A stretch of DNA of 20,107 nucleotides. Source: Candidatus Hermodarchaeota archaeon (GTDB lineage: Archaea > Asgardarchaeota > Lokiarchaeia > Sigyniarchaeales > SOKP01). The notes under the pieces are model-generated. The model was not told where the DNA came from. It searched no databases and saw only the letters and a program-made list of their open reading frames with translations. Location: contig JBHLLG010000051.1 in NCBI GenBank assembly GCA_048885925.1, forward strand, positions 1 through 20,107. The letters are read 5' to 3'. The position numbers and the translations under genes are program-made. Below, piece after piece: positions 8,078 through 17,157 of this stretch. Numbering within the stretch: the first letter of the stretch is position 1; every line of letters begins with the position of its first letter.

Positions 8078-9410
8078 ATGAGTAATACTATTGCTGTTAT
8101 AGGCCTTTCGTGGGGAGAATAGTTGAGCAGTTCGCATACTATCCCTATACGAAGGCAAAGGCAAATTTGTTGATTTTTTAGCACAGAAAGTGGATATAGT
8201 TGTTAGATATAATGGAGGAAATAATGCAGGTCATACGATAAATGCTAATGGAATCAAATATAAATTTAAATTAATGCCTTCAGGAGCTCCCTTAGAAAAA
8301 GAAGGAGTAATAGCTAATGGCTGTGTCGTTGATCCAAAAGTTTTAATTGAAGAAATTGAAAATCTCAAGAAATTAAACAAATCGATAAACTTAAAATTAA
8401 GTTCTACAGCTCATGTAATTTTTCCCTTTCATCGCATTTTAGATGGATTAGAAGAAAAAACAAAAGGTGATTATGCTGCAGGTACCACTAAGAGAGGAAT
8501 CGGTCCTGCATATTCTGATAAAGCAGCTCGCTGGGGTTTAAGAATCTTTGACTTGGTAAATCCTGAAATATTAAAACCAAAGCTAGAAAAATTATTTAAA
8601 ATTAAAAAAGACCTTATACATGTTTATGATCCAAGTTGGGTTGGTAATTTTGAAACGATTTATGAAGAATATAAGTCTTATGGGGAAAAATTAAAACCTT
8701 ATGTTATTGATACGGCTTATTACTTGAATAAGGTTATTGATTCTGGTAAAAAAGTTCTTTTTGAAGCAGCTCAAGGGAATCTTTTAGCACTTGATTTTGG
8801 GATGTATCCATATGGGACTTCTTCTAATGCTAATGCTTTAGGTATTTGTGCTGGAACAGGTATACCCCCAAAAAAAATTGGAAAAATAATAGGAATAGTG
8901 AAAGCATATACCTCACGGGTTGGTGAGGGTAAATTTCCCACAGAATTATTCAATGATATAGCTGAAAAAATTCGGGAGCAAGGTAAAGAATACGGTACTG
9001 TAACTGGAAGACCTAGAAGAGTAGGATGGTTAGACCTTTTTAATATTAAATATGGAATGATTATTAATGGTGTTGATAAAATTGTTATTACTCTTTTAGA
9101 TGCTTTGCAAGGAGTTAATCCTATTAAAATATGTACTGGTTATAAATTAGATGGTGAAGTTCTCGAAAGTTGGCCAATTCAACATGAGATAATTGAAAAA
9201 TGTACTCCCATTTATAGAAGTTTTGAAGGTTGGAGTGAAATATCTAGAGAAAAATGGAGAGAAATCGCAAAGAAGGGGTATGATGCATTACCAAGTACTA
9301 TGAAAATATACCTTCAAGCAATTAAGGAAGAGCTTAAAACGGATATTGCAATGATTTCAATTGGTCCTGATCGAGAAGAAACTATAGTTTTAGATTCTAA
9401 TATTTGTTAA
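8078..9410 (+). CDS. purA: Adenylosuccinate synthetase, spliced: join(8078..8117,8149..9410), 433 aa
   Basis: ATG 8078 reads MSNTIAVIGLSWGE*. Removing 31 nt gives MSNTIAVIGLSWGDEGKGKFVDFL..., the PurA P-loop, continuous with GGNNAGHT, GTTKRGIGPAY and EYGTVTGRPRRVGW. The ORF-track start at 8190 lacks the P-loop. Confidence 0.93.
8118..8148 (+). other. Putative 31-nt relaxed BHB (BHL-type) pre-mRNA intron splitting the catalytic Asp codon (G|AC)
   Basis: Central helix GGGG(8112-8115)/CCCU(8143-8146), bulges AGA (8116-8118) and AUA (8147-8149), intron stem AUAGU/ACUAU, exon helix UUCG/CGAA plus GCC/GGC with U8111 unpaired. Cutting after bulge nt 2 removes 8118-8148 and regenerates GAC. Confidence 0.82.
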
Positions 9411-9490
9411 AAAGAGTAGGTTTAAAACTTTACGACTAAAACCAACATTTTTATTTACTTTTTTCAAAATAAGGAGAATACTAAAAATCA

Positions 9491-10003
9491 TTATAAAGTT
9501 CTTAATTTGAATTCTTTACCACAATAATAACAGTGTGCTATCCCTGTTGATATTAATAATTGTTCCATAGATTTAGTAGTTTTTTGTCCGCACTCTGTAC
9601 AATAACTAGGAATTTTTATATTGTTGTTAACAGTAAAATTTTTGTTGTATATGCTGGGAATTACTTGAATTTCAGTAATCTTTGGAGGTTCTTTCTTTTC
9701 TTTTCGAGGTTTACCAGTAATTGCGTAATATAATGCTTCGAATAATTTGTACATACCTAAAAAAAGAAATTTTAACAGATAATAAATTCCTTTAAAAAGA
9801 TAATATAATAAATAACCAACTCCCTTTAAAATGTAATAAACTAAAATAAGCACTAATATGGTGAGTGCTATAAGCCCAATAATTAATAATACTTGCCCAA
9901 ATAAAGGTAAATTTAAATACCATCCAATTGGATCATCCCATATTACATTCCAAGGACTTTGAAATATACTCCAATCGATCATATTCTTGAAATCAACATT
10001 CAT
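9491..10003 (-). CDS. Hypothetical membrane protein with a C-terminal Zn ribbon
   Basis: Hydrophobic segment at about aa 34-59, a Tyr/Leu-rich periodic helix, then CTEC...CYYC. Confidence 0.75.
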   Translation of the reverse strand: MNVDFKNMIDWSIFQSPWNVIWDDPIGWYLNLPLFGQVLLIIGLIALTILVLILVYYILKGVGYLLYYLFKGIYYLLKFLFLGMYKLFEALYYAITGKPRKEKKEPPKITEIQVIPSIYNKNFTVNNNIKIPSYCTECGQKTTKSMEQLLISTGIAHCYYCGKEFKLRTL

Positions 10004-10096
10004 TTTAATTCACATTTAAAAATAATTAAAAATATATTAAAAAAAAAATGGAGTCCAATTATTATCAAGAATAAATTTTTAGGACAGTCGCATATT

Positions 10097-10657
10097 TTAT
10101 TTAAAACAAATTAATCCGAACCGATAAACATAATTACTAGGTGGCCATTCAATTTTCAGATTTAATCTTTGAACGGTTTCTGTAACATCTATTCCTATGG
10201 CTTCCATTGAATATCTTTTTTTATTGGGATACCGACAAGGCTTACCTGAGTCATATGTACATCCCCTATCTACCTCATTAAAGCAAATTCGGCAAAATCC
10301 ATCCCATAAAATAAATTTTTCATTATAGGAATATTGATAAGTTTCAATAAATATATAAATTTCTTCTTCTAATTCATCCCGTAAGAAATTATTCATGAAA
10401 AGCTTATTCTTGATACGCTTTTTACTTTTTTTTGGGTGTTTTGATTTCTGTTTTTTAATATATTCATTTAAATCAAGAATAGAATAAATGAGATAAAATT
10501 TTGTATATTGAGAAATGTCTTTTTCTAAATATGGAGCTACTGGTGGACAAGCCCAAGAATGTCCATAACTAGGACATTTAAAATTAGGATTAACGCAATA
10601 AGTTTGCACTTTGGGATCAAAAACTATATCGCTTAAATTTATTTCTAGGAAAGGCAA
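10097..10657 (-). CDS. DUF2284 family predicted metal-binding protein
   Basis: IVFDPKVQTYC...CPSYGHSWACPP, GFCRIC, C...PCRYP, and RYSMEAIGIDV. The TTG start is uncertain. Confidence 0.8.
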   Translation of the reverse strand: MPFLEINLSDIVFDPKVQTYCVNPNFKCPSYGHSWACPPVAPYLEKDISQYTKFYLIYSILDLNEYIKKQKSKHPKKSKKRIKNKLFMNNFLRDELEEEIYIFIETYQYSYNEKFILWDGFCRICFNEVDRGCTYDSGKPCRYPNKKRYSMEAIGIDVTETVQRLNLKIEWPPSNYVYRFGLICFK

Positions 10658-10819
10658 GAGAAGTTCTAATATTTTTAATTACATTGTTAAAAATTCAATT
10701 ATTTAAATTCTTTTCTTCACATAGATTCTTGGATCAAGCTGAAAAAAATGATATTTTTTTTAAGAAATAAATAATAAAAGAGATTATTAGAAATATTCAT
10801 TTTATATTTAAATACTGAT

Positions 10820-11476
10820 GTGATTAGAATGAAATTATTAAAAGATAAAAGAAGTATTTTATTAGATGCTGCAAATCAATTTTATACTCAAGTTCTAAGA
10901 GGTTCAGATTTACTTAATGAATGTATTAACGATTTAATTGCAGATAAATTAGACAAGGATAAGTTAGACCAAGTAATACAATTTGAACATGAAGGTGATA
11001 TTGCAAAAGAAAATTATATTAATATTCTCTATAAGGATAAGCGAGCTCTTCCATTTTTGGTTGAAGATCGGTACAGACTTATAAAATATCTTGACATTAT
11101 TTCAGATAAATCTGAAGATCTTGCTCGCAGATTGAAAGTGTTTCCCTTTGAATTTTACGATGATATAAAGGAGGAGATGAAAAACCTTAACGATATATAT
11201 GAAGAAACGATTAAAATTTTAATTGAAATGATCCAGTTAATGGAAACGGATTTTAAAACAGCTTTTGAAAAATCATTCAATATAGAAACATTAAAGAGAA
11301 GTGCTCGTGATTCTAAATTTAAGATTCTTGGATTGATATATAAAAAATCAGAAGAACAGTCTCTTCGTGTATATTTGAATTCGAAAATATGTATAAAGTT
11401 GTATGATATGATTGAAAGAGCTGAAGAAATTAGCGATTTTCTAAGAAGCTTGATTGTGAAATATCCAAGTAAATAA
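10820..11476 (+). CDS. DUF47 / PhoU-like phosphate transport regulator
   Basis: All-helical, with EHEGD..K, LPFLVEDR and LDIISDKSED motifs; directly upstream of a PiT gene. The start may be ATG 10829. Confidence 0.85.
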   Translation: MIRMKLLKDKRSILLDAANQFYTQVLRGSDLLNECINDLIADKLDKDKLDQVIQFEHEGDIAKENYINILYKDKRALPFLVEDRYRLIKYLDIISDKSEDLARRLKVFPFEFYDDIKEEMKNLNDIYEETIKILIEMIQLMETDFKTAFEKSFNIETLKRSARDSKFKILGLIYKKSEEQSLRVYLNSKICIKLYDMIERAEEISDFLRSLIVKYPSK

Positions 11477-11491
11477 TTAGGGGCGATTTAA

Positions 11492-12469
11492 ATGGCTTTT
11501 TCTGTTATTCTGGTCACCTTTTTAGTATTAGCGATAATAATAGCATTTGGTATTGGTGCGAATGATGAAACTTTTGCCGGAATCTACGGTTCAAGAATTC
11601 TAAATATGAAATATATTCTAATCTTAGCTACAATTTTTACAATAACAGGTGCTTTTATACTGGGTGAAACAGTAAGTAAAACTGTGGGAAAAGGTATTTT
11701 GGGTCCTCCTCCACCACAGGAAGATCTTGATTATGCGACCGTTATAACAATTTTAATATCTACTGCCATTTGGTTGATATTATCTTCAGCATTAGGGTTA
11801 CCAATCTCAACTACTCATGCAACAATCGGAGCTGTTATAGGGCTTGGAATAATTATCCCAAATGCTAGTCTTAACTTGCTGAAAATTACTGAATTAAGCA
11901 TCTGGTGGATTCTATCTCCAATTATTGGATATATCGTCTCCTTCTTCGTTTTTAAGCTTATGCAAAAATATAAAGTTAAACATTTGAATGGATTTCAAAG
12001 CTTAGAAAAAAATGAAAAAATTTTCACTTATATAGTTTTAATAGTTATTTGCATAACAGCATTTTCAAGATCAGGAAATGATTGTTCGAATGCAGTAGGT
12101 ATTGTCGTGGGTGTAGGAGAGATCCAAATAAATATCCTTCTTATAATAACAGGTTTAAGTTTAGCAGGTGGTTTAATTGTCTTAGGGCGAGGAGTAATTA
12201 AAAGTGTAGGTAAAATTACAGAGTTGTATCCAAGTACTGCTTTTGCTGCCCAAATTCCTACAGCTGCGATATTATTTCTTGGTACCGCATTAGGAATTCC
12301 TTTATCGGGATCTCACATGTTAGTAGCATCTTTTGTAGGTTTATCAAAAGCGAGTTATACTCCTACAAAAAAAGGCTTATGGAAAATAGTTTTAATCTGG
12401 TTTTTAACATTTCCAATGGCTGCATTCTTTTCAATTCTACTATATTTCCCAGTTAATGCTATTATTTAA
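11492..12469 (+). CDS. pit: PiT family inorganic phosphate transporter
   Basis: GIGAND, GLPISTTHATIG, GNDCSNAVG and GIPLSGSH motifs; multiple TM helices. Confidence 0.9.
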   Translation: MAFSVILVTFLVLAIIIAFGIGANDETFAGIYGSRILNMKYILILATIFTITGAFILGETVSKTVGKGILGPPPPQEDLDYATVITILISTAIWLILSSALGLPISTTHATIGAVIGLGIIIPNASLNLLKITELSIWWILSPIIGYIVSFFVFKLMQKYKVKHLNGFQSLEKNEKIFTYIVLIVICITAFSRSGNDCSNAVGIVVGVGEIQINILLIITGLSLAGGLIVLGRGVIKSVGKITELYPSTAFAAQIPTAAILFLGTALGIPLSGSHMLVASFVGLSKASYTPTKKGLWKIVLIWFLTFPMAAFFSILLYFPVNAII

Positions 12470-12514
12470 TTGGCTTAACAAATTAAATAACAAATTCTTC
12501 TGCTTTTTTTAAAC

Positions 12515-13546
12515 CTAATTTTTCCAAACATTTTCAGTATAACATGGAACAGGTATATCTTTCATTGTTAATAATCCAGATTTAGCACTAATAACTTTAG
12601 GAATTAAATTTGCTACCATTGCGGCTGTACCTATATCTCCATGAACGCCACCTATAATTTTTTGATGGATATTTGGGATTCCTTTAATTTTTATACTATC
12701 ATATTCTTCATGCTCACCAGCAAAAGCATTAAAGTCTAATACAATAATTTCTTCGCCCTTCCTTTTAGCTACTGCTTTACTCTTTAAGCCACAAATATTA
12801 CCTTTTGAGACTTTTTCGCCATAAGAAGTTATGAATTCTTTTTCAGTAATTATTTCTTCAGGAGGAAACTCAATTATATCGTCATATTGAAGTCCAAGTG
12901 CTGCAACAATAATTTGAATAGATTCTTTCAATCCAACATGACCAGTAATTTCTCTTTTATTTATTTTATGATGAAATTCTTGAGAAGATAAGCCAGTTCC
13001 TATTTTACGTTGAAAAGATTCTCTTCTTTTTGCAGAATTCATCATTCTTGTTACTTTTATGGAATTGACTTTTTGACAAGGTGCCGTAACGACAATGGGT
13101 AATAAGTCCATTAGGTACCCAGGATTAATTCCGGTTCCAATTAGGCTAACATTATTAGATTTTGCTAATGCATCTAATTCTTCAGAAAGCAGAGGATGAA
13201 ATTGAAATGGATAAATAAGTTCTTCACATATCGAGATAACATTACTTCCAGACAAAATTGCTTTTTTAATCATTGGGGTAATATTTTCTAAAGAAGAAGA
13301 TGTAGCAATGAAAACTACATCAATTTTATTATTAGAAAGAATATCATCTAAATCAGAACTAACTATTAGATCACTACCTTCTTTAAGATCTAAAATTTGA
13401 TCCACTTTTTGTCCGATTAGCTTAGGATTGATATCAACTACTCCAATAAGATTAATATTTTTACGTTCAATAAGTAGTTTTGCAATTAATTTCCCCATTG
13501 GTCCGAAACCAACTTGTAGAACGTCAAATTGTTTACTCATAGACAT
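12515..13546 (-). CDS. NAD(P)-dependent amine dehydrogenase of the 2,4-diaminopentanoate dehydrogenase (Ord)/DapB-like family
   Basis: GFGPMG Rossmann motif, NVISICEEL, GTGINPGYLMD, GHVGLKES and GGVHGDIGTAA. Confidence 0.8.
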   Translation of the reverse strand: MSMSKQFDVLQVGFGPMGKLIAKLLIERKNINLIGVVDINPKLIGQKVDQILDLKEGSDLIVSSDLDDILSNNKIDVVFIATSSSLENITPMIKKAILSGSNVISICEELIYPFQFHPLLSEELDALAKSNNVSLIGTGINPGYLMDLLPIVVTAPCQKVNSIKVTRMMNSAKRRESFQRKIGTGLSSQEFHHKINKREITGHVGLKESIQIIVAALGLQYDDIIEFPPEEIITEKEFITSYGEKVSKGNICGLKSKAVAKRKGEEIIVLDFNAFAGEHEEYDSIKIKGIPNIHQKIIGGVHGDIGTAAMVANLIPKVISAKSGLLTMKDIPVPCYTENVWKN

Positions 13547-13615
13547 TACTTTAAATATTTAATTAATTCTAAAATTCTTTTTGATAAATAAATGAAATTA
13601 GTATTATTGAAAATT

Positions 13616-14956
13616 TTAATCTAATTTTGTTTGAGAAACAGGTTCCGCAATTTCTTCTATAACTTCTTGAATATGAATTATGTCTTCATGAGTGTGAGCC
13701 ATTGAAATAGATCCTAACCCATGTAATCCAGATACATTACGATTAAAGAGAGATAATTGGATTAGAGCTTCTCTTTTTTTATCCTTAAATTCATAAATTT
13801 GTTGTAATGACGGATTATCTATCCATTTTTTCATTGCATGGAGCATTATTATTGATTTATAACCCTTAGCAATAATTGGTAACTTTTTTTCATAAAATAA
13901 TCGATTTAAATTATTTAATAATTGCTCTCCTTCTTGATTTATTCGATTATAATCTGGTTGAGAATTTTTTAATATTTCCAATGTTTTCAATCCTGCTATC
14001 ATACTTAGTGGATATCCTGAAAAAGTTCCACCTCCAATTAGAACACGATTCTCTGCTTCAGGACTGGATTGATTAATTATTTCTTTTCGACCTCCTATAG
14101 CTCCTATTGGCATACCCCCTCCAATTATTTTTCCCATAGTAGTTAAATCAGGTATTAAATTTATTTCATTTTGAAATAAACTACTAGTAAATCGATAACC
14201 TGTAATTACTTCATCAAAAATAAGGATTATACCATATCGTTCTGTTTCTTCTCTTAACTTTTTCAAAAATTCAATATCAACAGAAAATCCTCCACCACCT
14301 CCCAAAACCGGCTCTAATATTACTGCAGCTAGGTTCTCAGAATTTTTTTTAATTAAATCAAAAGTATTTTCATTATTAATTTCAAAATTTAAAATACCTG
14401 ATTCAGTCATACTAGGAAGTCCTGCACAAGTTTCAAAATTGTACAAGCTTGGAACATAATAACATAATGAGTCGTTAGCTCCATGCCAACCAAAATTTGC
14501 TTTTGCTATAATCCTTTTTTTGGTATACGCCCGAGCTAAGCGAGTAGCATACATAGTTGCTTCTGTTCCTGAACAACAAAATCGAATTTTTTCAAGGCCT
14601 TTATTATCTTGAATTAAAGTATCAGCTAACATAACCTGATAATCTGTGTTTGTACCAAAATGCCATCCATTGGTTATATTGTCTTTTATTACTTCTTGAA
14701 CTTGAGGATGATTATGCCCTAGAATCATTGCAAAATGCCCATTCCAACAATCAATGTATTTATTATCATCAATATCAGTAAGATAAGGTCCGTTGCCTGA
14801 TTTTATGAAAACTGGGAAAGCTCCTATCAAAGGTAAGCCAAAATTTCTGATATTATGAGAAACTCCTCCTGCTAGAACTTCAGTCGCCTTTTGCCAGAGT
14901 TTCTTGGATTTGGGTCTATTTTTCTGGAAATATTTTAATTCTTCTTTAAGAAACAT
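13616..14956 (-). CDS. Class III PLP aminotransferase, glutamate-1-semialdehyde aminomutase-like
   Basis: GGVSHNIR, ILGHNHP, SGTEATM, LIFDEVITGYR, PDLTTMGKIIGGG (PLP lysine) and GGTFSG. Confidence 0.87.
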   Translation of the reverse strand: MFLKEELKYFQKNRPKSKKLWQKATEVLAGGVSHNIRNFGLPLIGAFPVFIKSGNGPYLTDIDDNKYIDCWNGHFAMILGHNHPQVQEVIKDNITNGWHFGTNTDYQVMLADTLIQDNKGLEKIRFCCSGTEATMYATRLARAYTKKRIIAKANFGWHGANDSLCYYVPSLYNFETCAGLPSMTESGILNFEINNENTFDLIKKNSENLAAVILEPVLGGGGGFSVDIEFLKKLREETERYGIILIFDEVITGYRFTSSLFQNEINLIPDLTTMGKIIGGGMPIGAIGGRKEIINQSSPEAENRVLIGGGTFSGYPLSMIAGLKTLEILKNSQPDYNRINQEGEQLLNNLNRLFYEKKLPIIAKGYKSIIMLHAMKKWIDNPSLQQIYEFKDKKREALIQLSLFNRNVSGLHGLGSISMAHTHEDIIHIQEVIEEIAEPVSQTKLD

Positions 14957-15104
14957 TTATTTCATCAAAATTTTTGTTATAATTTTGTTATTATATTTAA
15001 TCGTTTATAATTTAGAGTAATTTCTTTATTCTTTAATATTTTAAATCTCATAAAAATTATGATGAAAGTTTAAATGTGAAATTAATTAATGTAAGGTTAA
15101 GAAA

Positions 15105-15656
15105 ATGGAATCAGATAAAGTTGAAATTGTAGATTTTTCCGGAGAAAATTTTAAAAAAATTACAATTCCTTGTTCTTATCTTTTGGTTATTATTATTTTA
15201 ATATCATTCTTAAACATTTATTTGATGGTTGCATTTCCCGGAAGTTTTATAAGTATATTTGTAAGTTTGATATTATTTTTAATATTTATTTTATACTATT
15301 CTTATATTATCAAGAAAGATCCTGGTAAAATTAGAAGATTTTTTATTTCATTTGAAAAAATCGAGATAGAATTACCACATAATCCAATTTTTACAATATT
15401 TTGGAATGAATTCAAAAAAGTTGAAATTAGATTAAGAGAATTTAATTGTCAGCCATATAAAGGATATGAATTTCATTTTAGTAATCAAGAGGATAATAAA
15501 GTATGTACTATAAGCTTAATGGATTTCCATAAAGAGAAAATCGAACAAATTCTAACTCTATTAAAAGATTTTTCTAGACGTATGAAAAAAGAATTTACGG
15601 CTGTAAAAGAAACAAATGTTTCAGGAATATATCTTGTTGAAAATTTAAAGATTTAA
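15105..15656 (+). CDS. Hypothetical two-TM membrane protein with a soluble beta-rich C-terminal domain
   Basis: Two hydrophobic helices (about aa 20-68) followed by a bPH-like pattern (IFWNEFKKVEI). Confidence 0.7.
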   Translation: MESDKVEIVDFSGENFKKITIPCSYLLVIIILISFLNIYLMVAFPGSFISIFVSLILFLIFILYYSYIIKKDPGKIRRFFISFEKIEIELPHNPIFTIFWNEFKKVEIRLREFNCQPYKGYEFHFSNQEDNKVCTISLMDFHKEKIEQILTLLKDFSRRMKKEFTAVKETNVSGIYLVENLKI

Positions 15657-15659
15657 AAA

Positions 15660-16994
15660 TTAATCAAGTTTTGCACCACAAGTGGGGCAAGTTTCAATAT
15701 TAACTCCACATGTTTCTCCACAAATTTTACAGAATTTAATTGTACTAGAACTTTTTTTTCTTGGCGGTCTTAAATTGGTAATTGAAATCGGTTCTTTTAT
15801 TTGTTTTTGGGGTATTTGTTCTTCTATTTCTATTGATCTTTTTAAATACTTAGTTTCTATTGTTATTTCTTTTCCAAAAAATCCTCCAACCTTGATTTTT
15901 TTAGTACTTATAGGAGATGTGGAAGATTCAGGCACCTTTTTGATTGTTTCTTCTACTATTTCTACGATCTCTTCCTGTATTTCTGGTTCTTCCACGAGTT
16001 CTTCATCTTGACTCTCCTCGATGGTAAATTTTTCTGAAATAGTATCTTCTTCATTGATTATTGGTATCCCCTCTTCTAATTCTTCTTCATATATCATATT
16101 TACGAATTCCTCATCCAATTTTAAAAGAGTTTCGCACTGAAGACATCTAAATATATGCTTAAAACCTATATTTCTTGCAAGTGAGTATTTAGCAGCACAA
16201 CAATTATGAAATTTAGTATCACAGTTGAAGCATTTATGTATTTCATCAGAATGAGCTTCGCAGATTGGACATAACTCTTGTTCACAGATATCACATAGTT
16301 CTTGTTCTTCGGGAGAAAGGCTTATTAGATCCACTGCTAATTTTTCATAAAAAATTTTATCTTCTGTTAAAATTTGTTCTGATTCATCAGATTTAATAAT
16401 TTTAAATTCTTTTTTACTTTGGATTAAAGACCCCAAAATATTCTGGAGAAGTTTATCATCTGGACAATAAAATGTTCCACCATGGGTTTCACTTGAAATA
16501 ACTTTAAGTTTAACATCATCTTCATAAAATTTCTGATCTCCAACCCGAATAATATCAATAAATGCCGAAAATTTTTTTGCTTTAATTAGTAAATCATAAA
16601 GTGCATTATAATAATCTTCAGATAATTTACTAGGGGTATCTGAAATTATTATTACTCGATAATCCTTTCGCACCTCCCGACTCTTCCTAAATATGTATGC
16701 TAGAATTTCATACAATCCATTTTCCAAATAACTCTTCTCAGTTTCTCGTGTTTCCCAAGCATCATTTATGATATTTATAACTTCGTCAATATCTTTTATA
16801 TCATAGGTATTAACAGGATTTTCATCTTTTTGAAATAATACTACTCCATAAGAAGTTAAAGCATTAAATTTTTCTTTTTCCTTGATAAAACTACTAATAG
16901 CTTTGGTTAACTGTTTTTTCTTCAAAAAGTTAGAGATTAAATCGATGTAAAAAATAAATTCCTCAGAATTGATGGCATTTGTTCGCGGTAGCAT
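15660..16994 (-). CDS. vWA-like domain + Cys-rich RING/PHD-like finger + acidic linker + C-terminal Zn ribbon (paralogue 1)
   Basis: vWA-like elements FIFYID, VIIISDTP, FIDIIRVG, ISSETHGGTFY. Finger CDIC-CPIC-CFNC-x3-FHNCC-CLQC. C-terminal CKIC...CPTC. Confidence 0.75.
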   Translation of the reverse strand: MLPRTNAINSEEFIFYIDLISNFLKKKQLTKAISSFIKEKEKFNALTSYGVVLFQKDENPVNTYDIKDIDEVINIINDAWETRETEKSYLENGLYEILAYIFRKSREVRKDYRVIIISDTPSKLSEDYYNALYDLLIKAKKFSAFIDIIRVGDQKFYEDDVKLKVISSETHGGTFYCPDDKLLQNILGSLIQSKKEFKIIKSDESEQILTEDKIFYEKLAVDLISLSPEEQELCDICEQELCPICEAHSDEIHKCFNCDTKFHNCCAAKYSLARNIGFKHIFRCLQCETLLKLDEEFVNMIYEEELEEGIPIINEEDTISEKFTIEESQDEELVEEPEIQEEIVEIVEETIKKVPESSTSPISTKKIKVGGFFGKEITIETKYLKRSIEIEEQIPQKQIKEPISITNLRPPRKKSSSTIKFCKICGETCGVNIETCPTCGAKLD

Positions 16995-17157
16995 TTTATT
17001 TTCGATCGTAGAATTTTAAAAAAATAATATTAGAAGTATTATATATTTTTAAGCATAATGTTAAATACTGATTTTATTTATCATAATTTTCTTTAAACTT
17101 GTTTTTATTAAAAGATTATGTTATAAAAGTATTATAAAACAAATTTCTTTCCTTAAC

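Noticed and set aside
8078-8160. Programmed frameshift or stop read-through as the explanation for the purA break
   Set aside because: Either would leave about 10 extra residues inside the invariant P-loop and would not restore the Asp. No slippery run is present.
8190-9410. ORF-track start of purA at GTG 8190
   Set aside because: It omits the essential GDEGKGK P-loop; the true N-terminus is encoded from ATG 8078 across the insert.
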